Shown one piece after another: positions 46,551 through 55,635 of a stretch of 64,000 nt of DNA (its first letter is position 1; each line of letters opens with the position of its first letter). The notes under the pieces were generated by a model that made no database searches, was not told the DNA's origin, and was given only the letters and a program-made list of their open reading frames with translations. Origin of the DNA: Pseudomonadota bacterium (lineage in GTDB: Bacteria > Pseudomonadota > Gammaproteobacteria > Pseudomonadales > Azotimanducaceae); assembly GCA_038757945.1 (NCBI GenBank), contig JBCDGJ010000002.1:24186-88185 (forward strand). Reading direction: 5' to 3'. The translations under genes and the position numbers were made by a program.

Positions 46551-46638
46551 GGAGGCTCGCAAGGCTGGCGCGCTTATCGGTCTCGAGAATCGTGATGTCT
46601 GAATAGACGTGTAGGTTCGATCCCTACAGCCTCCGCCA
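46551..46638 (+). tRNA. Type II tRNA, probably tRNA-Ser (CGA), with an imperfect anticodon stem
   Basis: GGAGGCT...CGGT-CTCGAGA-ATCG...variable hairpin GTCT-GAAT-AGAC...GTAGG-TTCGATC-CCTAC-AGCCTCC-G-CCA. 88 nt. The anticodon loop CTCGAGA resembles that of E. coli serU (CTCGAAA). Confidence 0.5.
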
Positions 46639-46965
46639 GACTCTGGCCATCGGGTAGGAATCTGCAGGCCTACCTGCCCTGGCTACAGGCGCCGCTCGGT
46701 CCGATTCCGAGGGCGGCCACCAGCTTCGGGCTCGACGCATCGACGGCGCGGCCCAACCGTATCCGTCCGTCGCCTGCCGCAGCGCAGGACTCGCACCCAC
46801 CGGTGCTTGTATCGGTTCCAGCCCGACTCGGACCAACGAAGTTAGACCAGCAAACGACGCTCTGCGGTTCGGATTCTGATTCCGTCCGGCGCACTCACGC
46901 CTCTATCGCACTAGTGCGGTATTGCACGGTGTGTACCGAGCGCTCCGTGAGCCTCTAACTACCAC

Positions 46966-47038
46966 GGGAAATTAGCTCAGCGGGTAGAGCATCAGACTCA
47001 TAATCTGACGGTCGCAAGTTCGACTCTTGCATTTCCGA
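46966..47038 (+). tRNA. tRNA with a CAU anticodon (Met or Ile2) and a possible G1-G72 mismatch
   Basis: GGGAAAT-TA-GCTC-AGCGGGT-AGAGC-A-TCAGA-CTCATAA-TCTGA-CGGTC-GCAAG-TTCGACT-CTTGC-ATTTCCG-A. The anticodon stem and T-arm are perfect. CCA is not encoded. Confidence 0.55.
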
Positions 47039-47580
47039 CCCCTTAGCCAAAGTGGTCCCCTGGTAAAGGCGCAAGCCTGCGGTTCGAATCCGCTCCCCGG
47101 CGTGGACAACGCCTCACCGTGTTCGCCGCCGGCGGTGCTGCCAGCATGCCTTCGGGCCATCTGGCAGCACTGCAGCACGAATGCCGCCGATTAATGATCC
47201 GCCGGTTGATCCAGCGTAACGCCCGCTCGACGTCCGCCAACCCTCATGCGCTGCCTGTGCAGGTGCTGGGGGAAGGCCGCCGTCCTGCGCGCACGACGTT
47301 CGAGCAGTCGGTGCCATTCATCCGCGTCACTCCTGTGGCGGCGAGCACACTCTCTCGACGACGTTCGCTCACGAGGTGAGACGAACGAGCTCCATTAACA
47401 ACCCACAGCACCCAAAGGAGGTGATTCAGCGTGGTCGGTCTCAAACGACTGGCAGAAGCAGAACGACGGATTCTCGAGCGCAACGCTGGCCATGGACCGC
47501 ATGCCCGGCCAGCGCTCGAGCCCCGTCTGACCCAAGGCCCGTCACCGGACGGAAACACCAAAGAAGGAGGAGAACGCACC

Positions 47581-48723
47581 ATGTGGTTCACCCAGAAGTT
47601 TGTTGTGCGTAAGCACGAGCGCGGTCTCCTGTTCAAGGACGGAGACTTCCTGCAGTTCCTGGCACCGGGTACCTATCGGTACTTTGGCCTCGGGCGCCGC
47701 TACTCGGTCGAACGCTTCGACCTGTCGGTCGCCGTGTTCGAGCACCGGCTCGGCGACTATCTGGTCGAGGCTGAGGCCACTGAGGTCGAACGCCTGTTCC
47801 ATGTCGTTCTGACGCACGCCGACGAAGTTGCGGTGGTGTATCTGAACGACCGTGCCGCGGCCATACTCGGACCGGCAGAGCGCAAGCTCTACTGGAGAGG
47901 CGTTGTCCAGGTGCGGGTGGAACGTTTCGATCTCGTAGAGGGCATCGCCCTGAACGATCGGCTGACCAGGCGCCTCGTCAACGGCCGGGATGCGCGTGCA
48001 CTGGCGGTCGCGGACAAATCCGTGTTCGCACGGATCGTGCCGGATGGCCACGCGGGTCTGCTGTATGTCGACGGTGAGCTGAGGCAGACGCTCCACGCCG
48101 GCCTCCACGCCTACTGGAACGTTGCCCACACCGTGAGTGTGGAGCTCGTCGATCTGCGGGTGAGAGCGCTGGACGTCCAGGGTCAGGAGATTCTGACCAG
48201 GGACAAGGTCGCCCTGCGTATCAACGTCACCGCAACCTACCAGTACGTCGACGCCGCCAAAGCCCTGCGGGCATTCAAAGACCCGCTGGATCAGCTGTAC
48301 AAGGAGATCCAGTTTGGTCTGCGGGCGGCCGTTGGTACCCGCAAGCTCGATGAGCTGCTGGAGGACAAGTCTGCGATCGACCGCGACATCGCAGAGCACC
48401 TCAGCACGCGATTTGCTGAGATCGGCCTCAGCGTCATCAGCGTCGGCGTCAAGGACATCATCCTGCCGGGCGATATGAAAGATCTGCTCAGCAAGGTGGT
48501 GGAAGCCGAGAAGGCGGCGCAGGCGAACGTTATTCGTCGCCGCGAAGAGACCAACGCAACGCGTTCCCTGCTGAACACCGCGAAGGTGATGGAAAGCAAC
48601 GCGGTGGCGCTGCGTCTCAAAGAGCTCGAGACCCTCGAGAAAATCACTGAGAACGTCGGTGATCTCTCGGTCGTCGGTGGTCTCGACGCTCTGCTGAACG
48701 GCCTGGTAACCATCAGGTCGTAA
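47581..48723 (+). CDS. SPFH/Band-7 (stomatin/prohibitin-like) domain protein
   Basis: The start is set at MWFTQKFVVRKHERGLLFKDGDF, preceded by a GAAGGAGGAG Shine-Dalgarno. The SPFH core follows, with a C-terminal coiled coil (…LSKVVEAEKAAQANVIRRREETNATRSLLNTAKVMESNAVALRLKELETLEKI). Confidence 0.8.
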   Translation: MWFTQKFVVRKHERGLLFKDGDFLQFLAPGTYRYFGLGRRYSVERFDLSVAVFEHRLGDYLVEAEATEVERLFHVVLTHADEVAVVYLNDRAAAILGPAERKLYWRGVVQVRVERFDLVEGIALNDRLTRRLVNGRDARALAVADKSVFARIVPDGHAGLLYVDGELRQTLHAGLHAYWNVAHTVSVELVDLRVRALDVQGQEILTRDKVALRINVTATYQYVDAAKALRAFKDPLDQLYKEIQFGLRAAVGTRKLDELLEDKSAIDRDIAEHLSTRFAEIGLSVISVGVKDIILPGDMKDLLSKVVEAEKAAQANVIRRREETNATRSLLNTAKVMESNAVALRLKELETLEKITENVGDLSVVGGLDALLNGLVTIRS

Positions 48724-49105
48724 TTCGGCCCCTGGGAGGGCGTACTCTGCGCCCTCCCGGTTTTTATCTGTTCGCACTCGCAAGCGATCGACGACGGGCT
48801 TTCAACCGGAAGAAGCGCACCCGACGGTTTCTTGCCGCTGGCGCATCGGCCTGAGTGCCAGGATTCGCACCCCGCGCAACCAGCGGAGGAGCCCAGAGAT
48901 TCACACCCCTTTGAGGTGCGGCTACCCGAAATAATGGCTCGGAGCCCAATCAACTGCTTAGAGTTGACCCCGGCAAGTGCCCAGCGCAGAGTACCGCGCT
49001 GGACAGAACGCAAAGGTTGCAGTTCCAGCACTCGACACGAATCTTCGCCGGTATTCGAGGCAATCAGCGCTCTCAGCGAACCATTGCCGCCGAGGAACCC
49101 ATTAC

Positions 49106-49843
49106 ATGAAAACAGAAAACGGCAATCCGGCTGACGCGGTCTATGACGAACTGCTCCCAGGTGCACGCAACTGGTCGTTCGTGCTGCGTCGCGGCTTTGC
49201 GCTTCGCTTGACCGATCCGCGCGGGGGCGGCAACTGCTCAGCCCTCTTCTTCAACGCCCAGGAGAAGCTGGAACGGTACAACATGGCGGACACACTGAAG
49301 GCTCAGCACACGGCTTTTCTCACTCGAGGACACGTATGTTACTCAGATATGGGTCGCATCCTGGTCTCGATTGTCGAAGACACCTGCGGCTGGCACGACC
49401 CGATCGGTGGAATCAGCAACGCCCGCCTGGTGCGGGAACGGTTCGGAGAGAACCGCTATCAGGAGGCACGGAACGCGTTCTATCGCGATGGCCGCGGGCT
49501 GTTTCTAATCGAGATGGGAAAGTGGGGCCTGGGGCGCCGTGATCTCATCGCCAACGTCAATTTCTTCAGCAAGATTACCGTGACGGACGGCGGCGAGATG
49601 CAGTTCAATGCGGACAATTCACCGGCGGGTTCCTATGTCGACCTGCGTGCTGAAATGGACACCCTGATCGTGCTCAACACCTGCCCCCACCCCCTGGATC
49701 CGTCGACGGAGTGGGCGCCAAAGCCGATCAGGCTCACTATCTTTCGCACGCCGCCCGCAGCTGAAGACGACCTCTGCAGAACGAGCTGCCCGGAGAACCG
49801 TCGCGGCTTCGAGAACACCGCCATCTACCATTGTCAGTACTGA
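49106..49843 (+). CDS. DUF1989 urea-carboxylase-associated family protein (UAAP-like), copy 1
   Basis: About 245 aa from [51 protein letters not shown]...DTCGWHD...NARLVRERFGENRYQEARNAFYRDGRGLF. The upstream 43 track codons are intergenic. Confidence 0.75.
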   Translation: MKTENGNPADAVYDELLPGARNWSFVLRRGFALRLTDPRGGGNCSALFFNAQEKLERYNMADTLKAQHTAFLTRGHVCYSDMGRILVSIVEDTCGWHDPIGGISNARLVRERFGENRYQEARNAFYRDGRGLFLIEMGKWGLGRRDLIANVNFFSKITVTDGGEMQFNADNSPAGSYVDLRAEMDTLIVLNTCPHPLDPSTEWAPKPIRLTIFRTPPAAEDDLCRTSCPENRRGFENTAIYHCQY

Positions 49844-49855
49844 GAGCACTTCGCA

Positions 49856-50524
49856 ATGCCTACACTGAATACGACGAGTTCCTTAAACCCGGCAGACGCG
49901 GTCTACGACTACACGATCCCCGCCGGTGAACCCTGGCTCCACGAAATGAAGGAGGGTCAGACGCTCCGGATCCTGGATCTGGAAGGAAATCAGGCAGTCG
50001 ATACCCTCTTCTACAATGCCCACGATCCTGGCGAGCGTTACAGCGCTCAGGACACGATTCAGGCACAGGGCAGCATCTATCTGACCGCCGGCTCTCGGCT
50101 GCTGTCGAACGCGGGCAACCTGATGCTGACTATCACCGCCGATACCTGCGGACGCCACGATACCCTCGGTGGTGCCTGTGCGGCCGAGTCGAACCAGGTC
50201 CGTTATGCGCTTGAGAAACGCCCGATGCACAACTGCCGCGACAACTATCTGCTCGCGCTGGCGGAATCGGACTACGAGATGGGGAAGCGGGATCTGACCA
50301 GCAACATCAACTTCTTCATGAACGTTCCGGTCACACCGGACGGCAAGCTGACCTTTGAGGATGGCATCTCCGAAGCAGGGAAGTACGTCGAGATGCGTGC
50401 CGAGATGGATGTCATCGTGCTCGTGTCGAACTGCCCGCAGCTCAACAATCCCTGCAACGCCTACAACCCGACGCCTGCACGGATGCTGATCTGGGACAAC
50501 GCGGAAACCTCAACGATCCAGTAG
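49856..50524 (+). CDS. DUF1989 urea-carboxylase-associated family protein, copy 2 (paralogue)
   Basis: Parallel to the upstream gene: [43 protein letters not shown]...DTCGRHD...[10 protein letters not shown]...[19 protein letters not shown]. Confidence 0.75.
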   Translation: MPTLNTTSSLNPADAVYDYTIPAGEPWLHEMKEGQTLRILDLEGNQAVDTLFYNAHDPGERYSAQDTIQAQGSIYLTAGSRLLSNAGNLMLTITADTCGRHDTLGGACAAESNQVRYALEKRPMHNCRDNYLLALAESDYEMGKRDLTSNINFFMNVPVTPDGKLTFEDGISEAGKYVEMRAEMDVIVLVSNCPQLNNPCNAYNPTPARMLIWDNAETSTIQ

Positions 50525-50549
50525 TTCGGCTGCGCGGGCCCGCCTTCAC

Positions 50550-51350
50550 TCAGCTTGGGTTCTCATCAAGCAACGCGACAGCGCGGATCCAGCCCGCGCT
50601 GGCGCCACGAATCTTGACCGGGAAGCAGATCATGGTGAATCCCGTTGGCGGAAGCACCTCCAGGTTGTGCAGCTTTTCCATCTGAAAGTAGCCGATGTCT
50701 TTCCCGGCCTTGTGGCCCTCCCAGATAATCGACGGATCCCGCTGTTCAGCCCACTTCTTCGCCGTGTGCATAAACGGCGCATCCCAGGACCAGGCGTCGG
50801 TACCCACAATCTTTACGCCGGCCTCGGCGAGGTACAACGTTGCCGCCCGGCCCATGCCACAGCCCCGCGACACGTAGTCAGGCTCTCCGTAACGCTTACC
50901 CGCAGCCGTATTGACCACAACGATATCCAGCGGCTGCAGCGCATGACCGATGCGCTCGAGTTCCTGCGCTACGTCTTCAGCCGTCACCACGTAGCCATCA
51001 GCCCGATCGGTGAAATCCAGTTTCACACCCCGCTGAAAGCACCATTCAAGCGGTAGCTCATCGATGGTCATCGCCGGCCGTTTCCCGCCAGGCAGCTGTG
51101 CGTCCTGGGTGGAATGAAAGTGCCACGGCGCGTCCATGTGCGTTCCGTTGTGGGTGGAGAGGCTCAGCGTTTCCACGGCCCAGCTCTCGCCGTCCGGCAG
51201 ATCCGATGCCGTCAAACCCGGAAAAAACGGGAGCAGCTGCCCATGGGTTTCCTGGTGTCGGAAGTAGCGCACTTTCGGTTCGAGGCCAGGTGGGTCGGAC
51301 GCAACGTCGTTTTCGATCGGGATGGAAAGATCTAAAAACTGTCGCCCCAT
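50550..51350 (-). CDS. Putative cyclase-family protein (kynurenine-formamidase-like metal-dependent hydrolase)
   Basis: The start is set at MGRQFLDLSIPIENDV. LSTHNGTHMDAPWHF is the cyclase-family metal-binding motif. About 267 aa. Confidence 0.75.
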   Translation of the reverse strand: MGRQFLDLSIPIENDVASDPPGLEPKVRYFRHQETHGQLLPFFPGLTASDLPDGESWAVETLSLSTHNGTHMDAPWHFHSTQDAQLPGGKRPAMTIDELPLEWCFQRGVKLDFTDRADGYVVTAEDVAQELERIGHALQPLDIVVVNTAAGKRYGEPDYVSRGCGMGRAATLYLAEAGVKIVGTDAWSWDAPFMHTAKKWAEQRDPSIIWEGHKAGKDIGYFQMEKLHNLEVLPPTGFTMICFPVKIRGASAGWIRAVALLDENPS

Positions 51351-51570
51351 TGCGCCTGTCCTTTCGAGCTTGAGTCTTCGACGGCAGATCACAGATAAAC
51401 GCGTCTCGCTCGGGTACGTCAAGTTGAAATTGTTCCGTACGGTCGCGGTGTGCAATGCGGTACCAATGGCTGCGCTGCGCCAGAGCGCCATCGTTTCAGT
51501 CAACAAGCGAGCTCTGTTGATCCGACGGAAGTGGATCGTCGGCCCGCCGGCTCAGGCGCCACCATCGTGA

Positions 51571-52611
51571 CTATCGCACTCGCCAGACTGTTACACCGCC
51601 CTGCGCATCAAGCGCTGCAAGCGCGCGCCCGTCCGGCCGCCAATGGACCCCTGCAACGAGATCATCGAGCAGCGCGGCGCCTATGGGATCACCTTCGCCA
51701 CTCTTCTGCAGTGACCATACGATCACTGCACCATCGCGACCGCCCGAGGCCAAGCGCATGCCACACCGCTCGAAACCGAGCGTCGTAACAGTTTTGACAT
51801 GTAGTTCCAGTGAGCCAGGCCGGGTACCAGCAGGACTGCCGAGCTCAAAGTTCCAGACTGTCACCGCTTGACCCCCACCAGTAGCCAGGAGGGTACCGGT
51901 AGAATCAAACGACAGTGCCGACGGCTTACCGGAATAGCCAGACATCATGTATTCGTCTTCGGTAGATCGACGCCAGAAGTGCACCGAGTTGTCCTGGCTG
52001 CCGCAGGCAACGATATCACCATCCGGGCTCAGCACCATCGATACCAGGGAGCCCTTCCACTCCAATTTCTGGCGAAGTACTCCCGTCGAAGCATCAAAGA
52101 AAGCCACACGACCGTAGCACGCCGTTGCGAGCTCTCCGGAGCTGGACCACGCGATCGAGCTAACGGTGCTGGGCTGGTCTTCGGTACGCCAGACTTCCCG
52201 CCCCTCGGTATCAAACACGCGCACCTGGCGGGCAACGGAGGCGGCCAGCCATTGACCGTCGGAAGACCATGCCACATGGTCAACCCAGCCCTCAGCAACA
52301 TCGACCGCCCGGTTTGCAGGACCTTCAGTCGCCTGCCAGATCAGCACCCGCCCGTCCTGTCCGGCCGTGGCGAAACAGGTACCCGGCGGGTTCACTGCCA
52401 TCGCCAGCGCACCGCCGTCGTGAACGTTCGACCTCGACCAGACCCCGGTTCCGGACTTGCCCTCAAAGGAGTGCACGCTCCCGGCGGCGTCACAGACGAC
52501 CAGCTCATCGCCACCGGCTGTCCAACCGCCGGCAATGGCGTAGTCACCGACCGCAGCAGACCAACCCCGGCGAAGCACACCCTCCGCTCGGATCGACTTC
52601 ACATCAGACAT
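51571..52611 (-). CDS. WD40-repeat beta-propeller protein
   Basis: 346 aa with about 7 repeats of the ...GS.D..V..W... type (VHSFEGKSG, RVLIWQATEG, VRVFDTEGRE, VHFWRRSTED, VTVWNFELGS, VIVWSLQKSG, VTVWRVR). Its start overlaps the COG0523 gene stop. Confidence 0.7.
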   Translation of the reverse strand: MSDVKSIRAEGVLRRGWSAAVGDYAIAGGWTAGGDELVVCDAAGSVHSFEGKSGTGVWSRSNVHDGGALAMAVNPPGTCFATAGQDGRVLIWQATEGPANRAVDVAEGWVDHVAWSSDGQWLAASVARQVRVFDTEGREVWRTEDQPSTVSSIAWSSSGELATACYGRVAFFDASTGVLRQKLEWKGSLVSMVLSPDGDIVACGSQDNSVHFWRRSTEDEYMMSGYSGKPSALSFDSTGTLLATGGGQAVTVWNFELGSPAGTRPGSLELHVKTVTTLGFERCGMRLASGGRDGAVIVWSLQKSGEGDPIGAALLDDLVAGVHWRPDGRALAALDAQGGVTVWRVR

Positions 52612-53945
52612 GCCTCAAAGCCTTGTCGCATGCCGTCTTCATCAAGATTGCGGCCAATAAAAACGAGCTGGTTGCGCCGCGGCGAATCCCCCCAGGGACG
52701 ATCCGGTTGGCCGTCAAAAAGCATATGAACACCCTGAAAGACAAAGCGTTCTGGCTCACCGGCGATGCTGATGAAGCCTTTCATCCGAAAGATGTCTACG
52801 CCTCGCTCGCGGAGCAACTCGCTGAGCCAGGCATTCAGCTTGTCCGGATCAACATCACCATCCCGCTCGATTGCGATTGAGCCAACTTCGTCGTCATGTT
52901 CGTGCTGCGCAACCCAGGTGCGTTCCACCTGTTGCAGCAAGGGCGCCCCACCCGCAGGAGACAGCTGCAGATCGAATTCTTCGGCGGTGTGCTGGGCGTA
53001 GAGTCCAACGCTCGTTGGCCTGTCGACATCCAGGAAAAACGATTTGCGTCCGGACGCGCTGAGCGCGAGCTCTACGTGCTGGCCGATGGAAATCTCTTCT
53101 CCCGGCTGCACGGGGACCGTTGGCTCCGCATACCGTCTGACGCAACACTCTGCCCCCTCCCGGAGCGCAGCGTCATCGACGCCCTGATCAAACCGAACGA
53201 CGAGCGACATCGACGGATCGGGCCCTTCTGCCAGGTTGAGCTCATAGCGGCCAGGCTCGAGCGCATAGACGCCGGTCCATTCGAAGGGATACTCCGGCTC
53301 GAGAAAGGTTGGACGGCGCTCGAGCACTTCGTCCAGATTAAAGGCGCCGAGGTTCAGAACGGTGTCGACCGGTACGTCCGCTTGTTCCGTACGCACGACA
53401 CTCGCCATCCGGTTCATCTCCTTGAGCCGGGTTTCCAGGCCATCGAGTCGCTCATCGTCGACCAGATCGGTCTTGTTCAGCACCAGTACGTCTGCGAAGG
53501 CAACCTGCTCGGTACTTTCACCACTGCGGCCGAGCTGCTGTTCTATGTGTGCGGTATCGACCAGCGTAACGATCCCGTCCAGCAAAAACTCTTCTCGGAT
53601 CTCATCATCCACAAAGAACGTCTGAGCAACCGGACCGGGGTCGGCAAGCCCCGTCGTCTCAACCAGCACGTAATCAAACTTGTCGCGACGTTTCATGAGG
53701 TTACCGAGCACCCGGATCAGGTCACCGCGCACCGTGCAGCAAATGCATCCATTCGACATTTCGAAGATTTCTTCATCTGCATCGATGACGAGCGCCTGAT
53801 CAATCCCAACCTCGCCATACTCGTTCTCGATGACTGCAATGCGCTTACCGTGCTCCTCGCTCAAGATCCGATTGAGCAGGGTCGTCTTGCCGGAGCCAAG
53901 AAAGCCAGTGAGGATCGTCACCGGGACTTTCTGCTGCGTATTCAT
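52599..53945 (-). CDS. COG0523 (CobW/YjiA/ZigA) G3E-family metallochaperone GTPase, long form with a C-terminal extension
   Basis: VTILTGFLGSGKTTLLNRIL is the Walker A. IAVIENEYGEVGID...EMSNGCICCTVRGD carries the CxCC metal motif. ...VLVETTGLADPGP... 448 aa. Confidence 0.85.
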   Translation of the reverse strand: MNTQQKVPVTILTGFLGSGKTTLLNRILSEEHGKRIAVIENEYGEVGIDQALVIDADEEIFEMSNGCICCTVRGDLIRVLGNLMKRRDKFDYVLVETTGLADPGPVAQTFFVDDEIREEFLLDGIVTLVDTAHIEQQLGRSGESTEQVAFADVLVLNKTDLVDDERLDGLETRLKEMNRMASVVRTEQADVPVDTVLNLGAFNLDEVLERRPTFLEPEYPFEWTGVYALEPGRYELNLAEGPDPSMSLVVRFDQGVDDAALREGAECCVRRYAEPTVPVQPGEEISIGQHVELALSASGRKSFFLDVDRPTSVGLYAQHTAEEFDLQLSPAGGAPLLQQVERTWVAQHEHDDEVGSIAIERDGDVDPDKLNAWLSELLRERGVDIFRMKGFISIAGEPERFVFQGVHMLFDGQPDRPWGDSPRRNQLVFIGRNLDEDGMRQGFEACLM

Positions 53946-54653
53946 TCAGTTCTCCTTATCGGATGGTGTGAAGGGACCAATCTGCACGTCATAGCCCCAG
54001 GCGCTGCACACAAGCACCAGATCACCGCCACCGAGCAGGAGCGCATTACTGCAGTGGTTCAGCACGGAGGAGAGATTGTGGACGACCAGAACGACCGCCC
54101 GCCCGCCGGTGCGCCAGCGACTGATGATCGACAGCAGATGCTCCTCTGTCTGCTGATCAATCGCAGCAAAGGGTTCGTCCAGCAGGATGAGTTGGGCATC
54201 CTGCATGATCACTCGAGCAAAGAGTGCACGCTGAAGTTGTCCGGTCGACAGGCTATGGAGTGGCCGATCGGCTAAGGCCAGAATGCCGACCTCATCGAGT
54301 GCCTGGGCGACCCGGCGGCGTCCTTCGCGATCGCGGCCCGCCCAGAGCCAGGAGCCTCGCCATGTTCCCATGGCCGCAAGGTCCCACACCCGCATCGGAA
54401 AACGGCGGTCGAACTCGCTCATCTGCGCTAGATAGCCAATCTCACGGGGGCGACCATTGGGCCAGGCAAGCTGCCCGGCAAGCGGCGTGATCAAGCCAAG
54501 CAGGGCTCTAACGAGGGTACTCTTACCCGAGCCGTTTGCCCCCAGCACAGCAAGCGTTGTTCCGCTTTCGATGTCGATGGAAAGCTGACGGAACAGCGTC
54601 AGATCGGGATACCCGAGAGCGAGGTTTCGAACCCGAAGCAGAGCGGTCATCAG
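53946..54653 (-). CDS. ABC transporter ATP-binding protein (metal-uptake ZnuC-like)
   Basis: The start is set at MTALLRVRNLALGY. Walker A is GANGSGKSTL. ABC signature LSTGQLQRALFAR. Walker B is LILLDEPFAAID. Confidence 0.75.
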   Translation of the reverse strand: MMTALLRVRNLALGYPDLTLFRQLSIDIESGTTLAVLGANGSGKSTLVRALLGLITPLAGQLAWPNGRPREIGYLAQMSEFDRRFPMRVWDLAAMGTWRGSWLWAGRDREGRRRVAQALDEVGILALADRPLHSLSTGQLQRALFARVIMQDAQLILLDEPFAAIDQQTEEHLLSIISRWRTGGRAVVLVVHNLSSVLNHCSNALLLGGGDLVLVCSAWGYDVQIGPFTPSDKEN

Positions 54654-55012
54654 CGCCCACCGGGGCCCGGGGGTACACGCCCAAGCACACTGGCTTGAAG
54701 CGCTTTCGGGGGTCGATAACGCTCCATCAGTCCATCTCTCGTGTGCACGTAGGTGGAAAGGCACTCGAGGATTTCTTCAGCTGTCTCACCGGGCTGCTGG
54801 TCTCCGAACAGGTAGGTCCAGGCGCCAGGTGACGTAAGCGCGATTCCGCAGGGGCGCGGGCACAAACTGAGACAGGACGCTGGCTCGATCTGCACCAGGT
54901 CACGAAGTGGGCTGCCCTCGAGCAGCGCTTTGAGCTGCTGATACAACCTGAAACCGGGCCGATCTTCCTGAGGTTCACGGGGTGCCCCCGAGGGTCTGCA
55001 GGAAGTACACAC
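54650..55012 (-). CDS. DUF1636-like small Cys-containing predicted metal-binding protein
   Basis: 120 aa beginning MCTSCRP (CxxC) with further Cys (CLSLCPRPCG). Proteins of this kind commonly neighbour COG0523 genes. Tentative. Confidence 0.45.
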   Translation of the reverse strand: MCTSCRPSGAPREPQEDRPGFRLYQQLKALLEGSPLRDLVQIEPASCLSLCPRPCGIALTSPGAWTYLFGDQQPGETAEEILECLSTYVHTRDGLMERYRPPKALQASVLGRVPPGPGGR

Positions 55013-55635
55013 GTGCAGGGTGCATGACCCGAGCGTGCGAGCCGATGACTGGGGGATTGATCTCGTTCGCGCGTCGCATCGCCGGAAACCGTGCTCGCCA
55101 CCGCCTGCTCAACGTGCCCGCGGAGACGATCAGCAACGTTCTGGAGGTCCGCGTCCGGATGAGAACAGGCCTCGAGGACGCGGAGCAACGCCTCGCAGTC
55201 CGCAAAGCTGAGTTGTGGCATGGGGTCCCCCACCAGGCTTTGGGTCCAGGGTTTCCGACTGGGGCTTTCAACCAGAGCACCGGTCAACCACAGATCTGCG
55301 AGACACACTCGCAGCTGCAGCTGGCGCCCTTGAAAACGAGTCGCGGGCCGCTCAGCCGAGCGCTCCGCAGTCTGCGAAGAGCATCTTCCAAGCGCAATAC
55401 GTTATAACATATCATTCGGTGATTCTTGCGCGCCAGCTCCCGGATTTTCACCAGACAGGAGGAATCATGACGCAGCCAGTCCGCGGAGGCACTTCAAGGC
55501 TGTAGCGCTTTTCTGTCAGAATTCAGCGCCGCACGGCGCCTCCACGAGCCCCCAGGCGACCCTGCCGCCCCGCAGGTCTGACTCATGCCAGCGCCCTCAA
55601 CACAAAACAGCAATGCACAATTGGAGAAAGAACGG

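Noticed and set aside
47041-47105. A fifth complete tRNA after the CAU tRNA
   Set aside because: Only a T-arm-like GCGG-TTCGAAT-CCGC and a partial 3' end are present. No matching acceptor 5' strand or anticodon arm could be folded. Treated as a tRNA-derived fragment.
47542-48783. 413-aa minus-strand ORF
   Set aside because: It is antisense to the SPFH gene.
52896-54275. 459-aa plus-strand ORF
   Set aside because: It is antisense to the COG0523 GTPase and ABC ATPase genes.
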